A stretch of DNA of 64,000 bases, from NCBI GenBank assembly GCA_964276515.1, contig OZ193910.1:6510001-6574000 (forward strand), read 5' to 3'. The stretch is from Gordius albopunctatus (Eukaryota). The notes beneath the pieces were generated by a model. It did not search any database. It saw only the letters and a list, made by a program, of their open reading frames with translations, and was not told the DNA's origin. Position 1 is the first letter of the stretch; each line of letters starts with the position of its first letter. This document shows positions 14,101 through 25,800 of this stretch, piece by piece. A program made the translations under genes and the position numbers.

Positions 14101-17100
14101 GTAGTAATTATACAGCTCGAAACAGTTTCATTATCGCGTTTTCAGTTTACTTACTCCCTTTCAGACGGTATACGCCAATTCCGTTGAGGACGGACACCTA
14201 GCATTCTGCCCGACTCAAAATACTCTAAAATCCCTAAATCTCCTATAAAATGGCGCCTAGAATTAAAAATTAATTCACAAATGTATTCCTACGGCGTCCC
14301 CTATGTGCTCAGGATCGCCCTTGATCGTAACTGGATTCAAAAAAATATTTAAAAAGGTTACAACACCCGGGATTCCCAAGCGGTCACCCATCCAAGTACT
14401 AACCGGGCTCAACGTTGCTTAACTTCGGTGTTCGGAAGGGAACCGGTGTTTTCAACGTGATATGGTCGTAACCGTAGATTTAAAGCGTAAATTGTGCTTA
14501 TAAATCAGGCAAGATTCTTACTTTTTTATTTCCCACCCATATTTTATCACTTAAAATTTACGCGAGAGCATCGAAATGTGTGTATTTTGTCGTAATCGAT
14601 GACGCATTACGTGGAATATTTAACTTTTTGATTGTTGGTAGTAATTATACAGCTCGAAACAGTTTCATTATCGCGTTCTCGATTTACTTACTCCCTTTCA
14701 GACGCTATACGCCAATTCCGTTGAGGGCGGACACCTAGCATTCTGCCCGACGCAAAATACTCTAAAATCCCTAAATCTCCTATAAAATGGCGCCTAGAAT
14801 TAAAAATTAATTCACAAATGTATTCCTACGGCGTCCCCTATGTGCTCAGGATCGCCCTTGATCGTAACTGGATTCAAAAAAATATTTAAAAAGGTTACAA
14901 CACCCGGGATTCCCAAGCGGTCACCCATCCAAGTACTAACCGGGCTCAACGTTGCTTAACTTCGGTGTTCGGAAGGGAACCGCTGTTTTCAACGTGATAT
15001 GGTCGTAACCGTAGATTTAAAGCGTAAATTGTGCTTATAAATCAGGCAAGATTCTTACTTTTTTATTTCCCACCCATATTTTATCACTTAAAATTTACGC
15101 GAGAGCATCGAAATGTATGTATTTTGTCGTAATCGATGACGCAATACGTGGAATATTTAACTTTTTGATTGTTGGTAGTAATTATACAGCTCGAAACAGT
15201 TTCATTATCGCGTTTTCAGTTTACTTACTCCCTTTCAGACGGTATACGCCAATTCCGTTGAGGACGGACACCTAGCATTCTGCCCGACGCAAAATACTCT
15301 AAAATCCCTAAATCTCCTATAAAATGGCGCCTAGAATTAAAAATTAATTCACAAATGTATTCCTACGGCGTCCCCTATGTGCTCAGGATCGCCCTTGATC
15401 GTAACTGGATTCAAAAAAATATTTAAAAAGGTTACAACACCCGGGATTCCCAAGCGGTCACCCATCCAAGTACTAACCGGGCTCAACGTTGCTTAACTTC
15501 GGTGTTCGGAAGGGAACCGGTGTTTTCAACGTGATATGGTCGTAACCGTAGATTTAAAGCGAAAATTGTGCTTATAAATCAGGCAAGATTCTTACTTTTT
15601 TATTTCCCACCCATATTTTATCACTTAAAATTTACGCGAGAGCATCGAAATGTATGTATTTTGTCGTAATCGATGACGCAATACGTGGAATATTTAACTT
15701 TTTGATTGTTGGTAGTAATTATACAGCTCGAAACAGTTTCATTATCGCGTTTTCAGTTTACTTACTCCCTTTCAGACGCTATACGCCAATTCCGTTGAGG
15801 GCGGACACCTAGCATTCTGCCCGACGCAAAATACTCTAAAATCCCTAAATCTCCTATAAAATGGCGCCTAGAATTAAAAATTAATTCACAAATGTATTCC
15901 TACGGCGTCCCCTATGTGCTAAGGATCGCACTTGATCGTAACTGGATTCAAAAAAATATTTAAAAAGGTTACAACACCCGGGATTCCCAAGCGGTCACCC
16001 ATCCAAGTACTAACCGGGCTCAACGTTGCTTAACTTCGGTGTTCGGAAGGGAACCGGTGTTTTCAACGTGATATGGTCGTAACCGTAGATTTAAAGCGTA
16101 AATTGTGCTTATAAATCAGGCAAGATTCTTACTTTTTTATTTCCCACCCATATTTTATCACTTAAAATTTACGCGAGAGCATCGAAATGTATGTATTTTG
16201 TCGTAATCGATGACGCAATACGTGGAATATTTAACTTTTTGATTGTTGGTAGTAATTATACAGCTCGAAACAGTTTCATTATCGCGTTTTCAGTTTACTT
16301 ACTCCCTTTCAGACGGTATACGCCAATTCCGTTGAGGGCGGACACCTAGCATTCTGCCCGACGCAAAATACTCTAAAATCCCTAAATCTCCTATAAAATG
16401 GCGCCTAGAATTAAAAATTAATTCACAAATGTATTCCTACGGCGTCCCCTATGTGCTCAGGATCGCCCTTGATCGTAACTGGATTCAAAAAAATATTTAA
16501 AAAGGTTACAACACCCGGGATTCCAAAGCGGTCACCCATCCAAGTACTAACCGGGCTCAACGTTGCTTAACTTCGGTGTTCGGAAGGGAACCGGTGTTTT
16601 CAACGTGATATGGTCGTAACCGTAGATTTAAAGCGTAAATTGTGCTTATAAATCAGGCAAGATTCTTACTTTTTTATTTCCCACCCATATTTTATCACTT
16701 AAAATTTACGCGAGAGCATCGAAATGTATGTATTTTGTCGTAATCGATGACGCAATACGTGGAATATTTAACTTTTTGATTGTTGGTAGTAATTATACAG
16801 CTCGAAACAGTTTCATTATCGCGTTTTCAGTTTACTTACTCCCTTTCAGACGGTATACGCCAATTCCGTTGAGGGCGGACACCTAGCATTCTGCCCGACG
16901 CAAAATACTCTAAAATCCCTAAATCTCCTATAAAATGGCGCCTAGAATTAAAAATTAATTCACAAATGTATTCCTACGGCGTCCCCTATGTGCTCAGGAT
17001 CGCCCTTGATCGTAACTGGATTCAAAAAAATATTTAAAAAGGTTACAACACCCGGGATTCCCAAGCGGTCACCCATCCAAGTACTAACCGGGCTCAACGT

Positions 17101-20100
17101 TGCTTAACTTCGGTGTTCGGAAGGGAACCGGTGTTTTCAACGTGATATGGTCGTAACCGTAGATTTAAAGCGTAAATTGTGCTTATAAATCAGGCAAGAT
17201 TCTTACTTTTTTATTTCCCACCCATATTTTATCACTTAAAATTTACGCGAGAGCATCGAAATGTATGTATTTTGTCGTAATCGATGACGCAATACGTGGA
17301 ATATTTAACTTTTTGATTGTTGGTAGTAATTATACAGCTCGAAACAGTTTCATTATCGCGTTTTCAGTTTACTTACTCCCTTTCAGACGGTATACGCCAA
17401 TTCCGTTGAGGGCGGACACCTAGCATTCTGCCCGACGCAAAATACTCTAAAATCCCTAAATCTCCTATAAAATGGCGCCTAGAATTAAAAATTAATTCAC
17501 AAATGTATTCCTACGGCGTCCCCTATGTGCTCAGGATCGCCCTTGATCGTAACTGGATTCAAAAAAATATTTAAAAAGGTTACAACACCCGGGATTCCCA
17601 AGCGGTCACCCATCCAAGTACTAACCGGGCTCAACGTTGCTTAACTTCGGTGTTCGGAAGGGAACCGGTGTTTTCAACGTGATATGGTCGTAACCGTAGA
17701 TTTAAAGCGTAAATTGTGCTTATAAATCAGGCAAGATTCTTACTTTTTTATTTCCCACCCATATTTTATCACTTAAAATTTACGCGAGAGCATCGAAATG
17801 TATGTATTTTGTCGTAATCGATGACGCAATACGTGGAATATTTAACTTTTTGATTGTTGGTAGTAATTATACAGCTCGAAACAGTTTCATTATCGCGTTT
17901 TCAGTTTACTTACTCCCTTTCAGACGGTATACGCCAATTCCGTTGAGGGCGGACACCTAGCATTCTGCCCGACGCAAAATACTCTAAAATCCCTAAATCT
18001 CCTATAAAATGGCGCCTAGAATTAAAAATTAATTCACAAATGTATTCCTACGGCGTCCCCTATGTGCTCAGGATCGCCCTTGATCGTAACTGGATTCAAA
18101 AAAATATTTAAAAAGGTTACAACACCCGGGATTCCCAAGCGGTCACCCATCCAAGTACTAACCGGGCTCAACGTTGCTTAACTTCGGTGTTCGGAAGGGA
18201 ACCGGTGTTTTCAACGTGATATGGTCGTAACCGTAGATTTAAAGCGTAAATTGTGCTTATAAATCAGGCAAGATTCTTACTTTTTTATTTCCCACCCATA
18301 TTTTATCACTTAAAATTTACGCGAGAGCATCGAAATGTATGTATTTTGTCGTAATCGATGACGCAATACGTGGAATATTTAACTTTTTGATTGTTGGTAG
18401 TAATTATACAGCTCGAAACAGTTTCATTATCGCGTTTTCAGTTTACTTACTCCCTTTCAGACGGTATACGCCAATTCCGTTGAGGGCGGACACCTAGCAT
18501 TCTGCCCGACGCAAAATACTCTAAAATCCCTAAATCTCCTATAAAATGGCGCCTAGAATTAAAAATTAATTCACAAATGTATTCCTACGGCGTCCCCTAT
18601 GTGCTCAGGATCGCCCTTGATCGTAACTGGATTCAAAAAAATATTTAAAAAGGTTACAACACCCGGGATTCCCAAGCGGTCACCCATCCAAGTACTAACC
18701 GGGCTCAACGTTGCTTAACTTCGGTGTTCGGAAGGGAACCGGTGTTTTCAACGTGATATGGTCGTAACCGTAGATTTAAAGCGTAAATTGTGCTTATAAA
18801 TCAGGCAAGATTCTTACTATTTTATTTCCCACCCATATTTTATCACTTAAAATTTACGCGAGAGCATCGAAATGTGTGTATTTTGTCGTAATCGATGACG
18901 CATTACGTGGAATATTTAACTTTTTGATTGTTGGTAGTAATTATACAGCTCGAAACAGTTTCATTATCGCGTTCTCGATTTACTTACTCCCTTTCAGACG
19001 CTATACGCCAATTCCGTTGAGGGCGGACACCTAGCATTCTGCCCGACGCAAAATACTCTAAAATCCCTAAATCTCCTATAAAATGGCGCCTAGAATTAAA
19101 AATTAATTCACAAATGTATTCCTACGGCGTCCCCTATGTGCTCAGGATCGCCCTTGATCGTAACTGGATTCAAAAAAATATTTAAAAAGGTTACAACACC
19201 CGGGATTCCCAAGCGGTCACCCATCCAAGTACTAACCGGGCTCAACGTTGCTTAACTTCGGTGTTCGGAAGGGAACCGGTGTTTTCAACGTGATATGGTC
19301 GTAACCGTAGATTTAAAGCGTAAATTGTGCTTATAAATCAGGCAAGATTCTTACTTTTTTATTTCCCACCCATATTTTATCACTTAAAATTTACGCGAGA
19401 GCATCGAAATGTATGTATTTTGTCGTAATCGATGACGCAATACGTGGAATATTTAACTTTTTGATTGTTGGTAGTAATTATACAGCTCGAAACAGTTTCA
19501 TTATCGCGTTTTCAGTTTACTTACTCCCTTTCAGACGGTATACGCCAATTCCGTTGAGGGCGGACACCTAGCATTCTGCCCGACGCAAAATACTCTAAAA
19601 TCCCTAAATCTCCTATAAAATGGCGCCTAGAATTAAAAATTAATTCACAAATGTATTCCTACGGCGTCCCTTATGTGCTAAGGATCGCACTTGATCGTAA
19701 CTGGATTCAAAAAAATATTTAAAAAGGTTACAACACCCGGGATTCCCAAGCGGTCACCCATCCAAGTACTAACCGGGCTCAACGTTGCTTAACTTCGGTG
19801 TTCGGAAGGGAACCGGTGTTTTCAACGTGATATGGTCGTAACCGTAGATTTAAAGCGTAAATTGTGCTTATAAATCAGGCAAGATTCTTACTTTTTTATT
19901 TCCCACCCATATTTTATCACTTAAAATTTACGCGAGAGCATCGAAATGTGTGTATTTTGTCGTAATCGATGACGCATTACGTGGAATATTTAACTTTTTG
20001 ATTGTTGGTAGTAATTATACAGCTCGAAACAGTTTCATTATCGCGTTCTCGATTTACTTACTCCCTTTCAGACGCTATACGCCAATTCCGTTGAGGGCGG

Positions 20101-20890
20101 ACACCTAGCATTCTGCCCGACGCAAAATACTCTAAAATCCCTAAATCTCCTATAAAATGGCGCCTAGAATTAAAAATTAATTCACAAATGTATTCCTACG
20201 GCGTCCCCTATGTGCTAAGGATCGCACTTGATCGTAACTGGATTCAAAAAAATATTTAAAAAGGTTACAACACCCGGGATTCCCAAGCGGTCACCCATCC
20301 AAGTACTAACCGGGCTCAACGTTGCTTAACTTCGGTGTTCGGAAGGGAACCGGTGTTTTCAACGTGATATGGTCGTAACCGTAGATTTAAAGCGTAAATT
20401 GTGCTTATAAATCAGGCAAGATTCTTACTTTTTTATTTCCCACCCATATTTTATCACTTAAAATTTACGCGAGAGCATCGAAATGTATGTATTTTGTCGT
20501 AATCGATGACGCAATACGTGGAATATTTAACTTTTTGATTGTTGGTAGTAATTATACAGCTCGAAACAGTTTCATTATCGCGTTTTCAGTTTACTTACTC
20601 CCTTTCAGACGGTATACGCCAATTCCGTTGAGGACGGACACCTAGCATTCTGCCCGACGCAAAATACTCTAAAATCCCTAAATCTCCTATAAAATGGCGC
20701 CTAGAATTAAAAATTAATTCACAAATGTATTCCTACGGCGTCCCCTATGTGCTCAGGATCGCCCTTGATCGTAACTGGATTCAAAAAAATATTTAAAAAG
20801 GTTACAACACCCGGGATTCCCAAGCGGTCACCCATCCAAGTACTAACCGGGCTCAACGTTGCTTAACTTCGGTGTTCGGAAGGGAACCGG

Positions 20891-20939
20891 TGTAGTATTC
20901 AATTCGCGTAACGTTTGATATCGCGTAAGTCAATCAAAC
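20891..20939 (+). repeat. Left terminal inverted repeat (imperfect) of the element
   Basis: TGTAGTATTCAATTCGCGTAACGTTTGATATCGCGTAAGTCAATCAAAC. Core 20905-20928 matches the reverse complement of 22822-22845 at 20/24 positions, followed by a shared GTCAATCA. Confidence 0.8.
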
Positions 20940-20941
20940 AC

Positions 20942-21068
20942 GTCAATCATGTATTTCTGCATTATAATTGCAAAAAAGATTATTATAGGATGGTATAAAT
21001 GTCAATCAATGTATTTCTGCATTATAATTGCAAAAAAGATTATTATAGGCTGGTATAAATGTCAATCA
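20942..21068. repeat. ~60-bp tandem repeat (2 copies + partial) in the element subterminus
   Basis: GTCAATCA(A)TGTATTTCTGCATTATAATTGCAAAAAAGATTATTATAGG(A/C)TGGTATAAAT starts at 20942 and 21001; a third GTCAATCA starts at 21061. Also at 26675-26801. Confidence 0.9.
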
Positions 21069-21491
21069 AAAATTGTGGTTATTTTTTTGTTTTAATATTT
21101 TTTAAATATATTTTGTTTTTTATATAAATTATATCAACTTATAATTATACTACTATATTTGTAATCTTATAATCCCTGATGATCTTAGGTGTCATATATT
21201 TGGTTTTAATTCTTTTATAAGTGATCCAATCCAATCTATATAAATTTAGCTTATTAAATTTATTTTGCATCTGATAAAGCTGTTATAATATAAAATAATG
21301 ATATAGATAATATTATTTTAATAAATAGATATATTAAAACCATGTTTTGTCAAATATCAATTAGACATTGGAATAAGAATAATATATTTTATTAAAAGTA
21401 AATATAAAGTAAAAACAGTTTATATAAAACAATTGTAACAATTAAAAATATTTTATAAACAAGTATCAAAAATATAATTGAAGTGATTTAT

Positions 21492-21652
21492 CTATCTTGT
21501 GAATGCCCTCCTAACATACAACAAATTTTCTTTTAATTTGTATTTTTTTGTCTTTTCAAGGAAATAGAATTTTTGTCTATTGGTAAGGTTTTCAGGAATA
21601 GTTCCAGAAAGCATATATAATTCCTAATCTCAGTAAAACCATATTCTTCCAT
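21492..21652 (-). pseudogene. Frameshifted N-terminal fragment of a Ginger/GIN-type (Gypsy-integrase-like) transposase
   Basis: Hand translation from the ATG at 21652 gives MEEYGFTEIRNY, then 2 extra nt (AT) in the TATATA run at 21615-21616, then MLSGTIPENLTNRQKFYFLEKTKKYKLKENLLYVRRAFTR*. The pattern I..Y...G..P.......K........Y.L....LY resembles the segment preceding the HHCC zinc finger in GIN1/Gypsy-type integrases. Recognised from memory, not searched. Confidence 0.6.
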
Positions 21653-21782
21653 TCTATTAAATAAATGCTAAATTAATCAAAGTACAAATTAAGTAGTTTA
21701 TATTCAAAATGCTTATTAATATAATCAGCTATTGAAAAAGTTTTATTAAATGAATGACTTTATAATAGTTGAAACTTGAAGT

Positions 21783-22672
21783 AAACTTCTTTTTTTCCAA
21801 TAAGTTCCTAATATTATTAATAAGTTGCTAATATAACAAGCTAGTGAAAAAGTTTGTAAATACCTTATTTGATGTATAACTTTATATTAATTGATGTAGA
21901 AAACTTCTTCTTTTCTAATAAATTCCTAATATTATTAATAAGTTGCTAATATTACAAGCTAGTGAAAAAGTTTGTAAATACCTTATTTGATGTATCACTT
22001 TATATTAATTGATGTAGAAAACTTCTTCTTTTCTAATAAGTTCCTAATATTATTAATAAGTTGCTAATATTATAAGCTAGTGAAAAAGTTTGTAAATACC
22101 TTATTTGATGTATCACTTTATATTAATTGATGTAGAAAACTTCTTCTTTTCTAATAAATTTCTAATATTATTAATAAGTTGTTAATATTACAAGCTAGTG
22201 AAAAAGTTTGTAAATACCTTATTTGATGTATAACTTTATATTAATTGATGTAGAAAACTTCTTCTTTTCTAATAAGTTCCTAATATTATTAATAAGTTGC
22301 TAATATTATAAGCTAGTGAAAAAGTTTGTAAATACCTTATTTGATGTATCACTTTATATTAATTTATGTAGAAAACTTCTTCTTTTCTAATAAGTTCCTA
22401 ATATTATTAATAAGTTGTTAATATTACAAGCTAGTGAAAAAGTTTGTAAATACCTTATTTGATGTATAACTTTATATTAATTGATGTAGAAAACTTCTTC
22501 TTTTCTAATAAGTTCCTAATATTATTAATAAGTTGCTAATATTACAAGCTAGTGAAAAAGTTTGTAAATACATTATTTGATGTAATAATTGTTGAAATTG
22601 TAGTAGACTTTGTATTTTGTAATAAGTAAGTTCTTAAGATTATAAATATAAATTAGTGAAAAAGTTTGTAAA
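21783..22672. repeat. 118-bp AT-rich minisatellite inside the element (about 7 near-identical copies with degenerate flanking copies)
   Basis: CTAGTGAAAAAGTTTGTAAA at 21841, 21959, 22077, 22195, 22313, 22431 and 22549 (exact 118-bp period); degenerate copies near 21729 and 22653. Confidence 0.95.
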
Positions 22673-22808
22673 TTACGTGATCTCAAACGCCCTTCATTAC
22701 GTGAACTCAAATGTATGTTTTTCAGAAATTTGAACCAATTATGTTACTCAAAAAATCACGTGATTGACAAAAAAAAGTTCTTTTTTCGTGTTTTCAACGA
22801 ATGAGGAG

Positions 22809-22860
22809 GTGTGATTGACGTTTACGCGATCTCAAATGCTACGTGCTTTCATACCTTACA
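22809..22860 (-). repeat. Right terminal inverted repeat (imperfect) of the element
   Basis: Reverse complement is TGTAAGGTATGAAAGCACGTAGCATTTGAGATCGCGTAAACGTCAATCACAC. Confidence 0.8.
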
Positions 22861-25800
22861 CCGGTGTTTTCAACGTGATATGGTCGTAACCGTAGATTTA
22901 AAGCGTAAATTGTGCTTATAAATCAGGCAAGATTCTTACTTTTTTATTTCCCACCCATATTTTATCACTTAAAATTTACGCGAGAGCATCGAAATGTATG
23001 TATTTTGTCGTAATCGATGACGCAATACGTGGAATATTTAACTTTTTGATTGTTGGTAGTAATTATACAGCTCGAAACAGTTTCATTATCGCGTTCTCGA
23101 TTTACTTACTCCCTTTCAGACGCTATACGCCAATTCCGTTGAGGGCGGACACCTAGCATTCTGCCCGACGCAAAATACTCTAAAATCCCTAAATCTCCTA
23201 TAAAATGGCGCCTAGAATTAAAAATTAATTCACAAATGTATTCCTACGGCGTCCCCTATGTGCAAAGGATCGCACTTGATCGTAACTGGATTCAAAAAAA
23301 TATTTAAAAAGGTTACAACACCCGGGATTCCCAAGCGGTCACCCATACAAGTACTAACCGGGCTCAACGTTGCTTAACTTCGGTGTTCGGAAGGGAACCG
23401 GTGTTTTCAACGTGATATGGTCGTAACCGTAGATTTAAAGCGTAAATTGTGCTTATAAATCAGGCAAGATTCTTACTTTTTTATTTCACACCCATATTTT
23501 ATCACTTAAAATTTACGCGAGAGCATCGAAATGTGTGTATTTTGTCGTAATCGATGACGCATTACGTGGAATATTTAACTTTTTGATTGTTGGTAGTAAT
23601 TATACAGCTCGAAACAGTTTCATTATCGCGTTCTCGATTTACTTACTCCCTTTCAGACGCTATACGCCAATTCCGTTGAGGGCGGACACCTAGCATTCTG
23701 CCCGACGCAAAATACTCTAAAATCCCTAAATCTCCTATAAAATGGCGCCTAGAATTAAAAATTAATTCACAAATGTATTCCTACGGCGTCCCCTATGTGC
23801 TCAGGATCGCCCTTGATCGTAACTGGATTCAAAAAAATATTTAAAAAGGTTACAACACCCGGGATTCCCAAGCGGTCACCCATCCAAGTACTAACCGGGC
23901 TCAACGTTGCTTAACTTCGGTGTTCGGAAGGGAACCGGTGTTTTCAACGTGATATGGTCGTAACCGTAGATTTAAAGCGAAAATTGTGCTTATAAATCAG
24001 GCAAGATTCTTACTTTTTTATTTCCCACCCATATTTTATCACTTAAAATTTACGCGAGAGCATCGAAATGTGTGTATTTTGTCGTAATCGATGACGCATT
24101 ACGTGGAATATTTAACTTTTTGATTGTTGGTAGTAATTATACAGCTCGAAACAGTTTCATTATCGCGTTCTCGATTTACTTACTCCCTTTCAGACGCTAT
24201 ACGCCAATTCCGTTGAGGACGGACACCTAGCATTCTGCCCGACGCAAAATACTCTAAAATCCCTAAATCTCCTATAAAATGGCGCCTAGAATTAAAAATT
24301 AATTCACAAATGTATTCCTACGGCGTCCCCTATGTGCAAAGGATCGCACTTGATCGTAACTGGATTCAAAAAAATATTTAAAAAGGTTACAACACCCGGG
24401 ATTCCCAAGCGGTCACCCATCCAAGTACTAACCGGGCTCAACGTTGCTTAACTTCGGTGTTCGGAAGGGAACCGGTGTTTTCAACGTGATATGGTCGTAA
24501 CCGTAGATTTAAAGCGAAAATTGTGCTTATAAATCAGGCAAGATTCTTACTTTTTTATTTCCCACCCATATTTTATCACTTAAAATTTACGCGAGAGCAT
24601 CGAAATGTGTGTATTTTGTCGTAATCGATGACGCATTACGTGGAATATTTAACTTTTTGATTGTTGGTAGTAATTATACAGCTCGAAACAGTTTCATTAT
24701 CGCGTTCTCGATTTACTTACTCCCTTTCAGACGCTATACGCTAATTCCGTTGAGGACGGACACCTAGCATTCTGCCCGACGCAAAATACTCTAAAATCCC
24801 TAAATCTCCTATAAAATGGCGCCTAGAATTAAAAATTAATTCACAAATGTATTCCTACGGCGTCCCCTATGTGCTCAGGATCGCCCTTGATCGTAACTGG
24901 ATTCAAAAAAATATTTAAAAAGGTTACAACACCCGGGATTCCCAAGCGGTCACCCATCCAAGTACTAACCGGGCTCAACGTTGCTTAACTTCGGTGTTCG
25001 GAAGGGAACCGGTGTTTTCAACGTGATATGGTCGTAACCGTAGATTTAAAGCGTAAATTGTGCTTATAAATCAGGCAAGATTCTTACTTTTTTATTTCCC
25101 ACCCATATTTTATCACTTAAAATTTACGCGAGAGCATCGAAATGTATGTATTTTGTCGTAATCGATGACGCAATACGTGGAATATTTAACTTTTTGATTG
25201 TTGGTAGTAATTATACAGCTCGAAACAGTTTCATTATCGCGTTTTCAGTTTACTTACTCCCTTTCAGACGGTATACGCCAATTCCGTTGAGGGCGGACAC
25301 CTAGCATTCTGCCCGACGCAAAATACTCTAAAATCCCTAAATCTCCTATAAAATGGCGCCTAGAATTAAAAATTAATTCACAAATGTATTCCTACGGCGT
25401 CCCTTATGTGCTAAGGATCGCACTTGATCGTAACTGGATTCAAAAAAATATTTAAAAAGGTTACAACACCCGGGATTCCCAAGCGGTCACCCATCCAAGT
25501 ACTAACCGGGCTCAACGTTGCTTAACTTCGGTGTTCGGAAGGGAACCGGTGTTTTCAACGTGATATGGTCGTAACCGTAGATTTAAAGCGTAAATTGTGC
25601 TTATAAATCAGGCAAGATTCTTACTTTTTTATTTCCCACCCATATTTTATCACTTAAAATTTACGCGAGAGCATCGAAATGTGTGTATTTTGTCGTAATC
25701 GATGACGCATTACGTGGAATATTTAACTTTTTGATTGTTGGTAGTAATTATACAGCTCGAAACAGTTTCATTATCGCGTTCTCGATTTACTTACTCCCTT

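Larger units (their letters stand above)
20891..22860 (-). mobile_element. Non-autonomous Ginger1-like (Gypsy-integrase-related) DNA transposon, 1970 bp, inserted in a 5S gene
   Basis: Termini are TGTAG...TTACA, flanked by CCGG at 20887-20890 and 22861-22864; removing the element and one CCGG restores the 5S gene exactly. Imperfect ~50-bp TIRs and a transposase-like N-terminal remnant on the minus strand. TGT..ACA ends with a CCGG TSD is the described Ginger1 signature. Confidence 0.85.
20799..22891 (-). pseudogene. 5S rRNA: 5S rRNA gene split by the transposon (nt 1-31 at 22891-22861; nt 28-119 at 20890-20799)
   Basis: Both halves match the consensus; CCGG (nt 28-31) is duplicated. Confidence 0.95.

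Noticed and set aside
21783..22672. 118-bp repeats as a CRISPR-like or guide array
   Set aside because: The units are near-identical along their whole length, with no unique spacers and no associated genes. The closeness to the 5S length (119 nt) has no sequence similarity behind it.
20891..22860. Solo LTR, or paired LTRs of a Cassandra/TRIM-like retroelement
   Set aside because: TG...CA ends fit an LTR, but each copy has its own TSD, ~50-bp TIRs and an internal transposase-like remnant, and the sequence between the copies is ordinary 5S units. Not fully excluded without a database search.
20886..22867. Alternative reading as a hAT/P/MULE-type element with an 8-bp TSD (ACCGGTGT)
   Set aside because: That boundary gives non-complementary ends (AGTA.../...TTAC). 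The 4-bp CCGG reading gives TGTA...TACA termini and fits the Ginger-like peptide.
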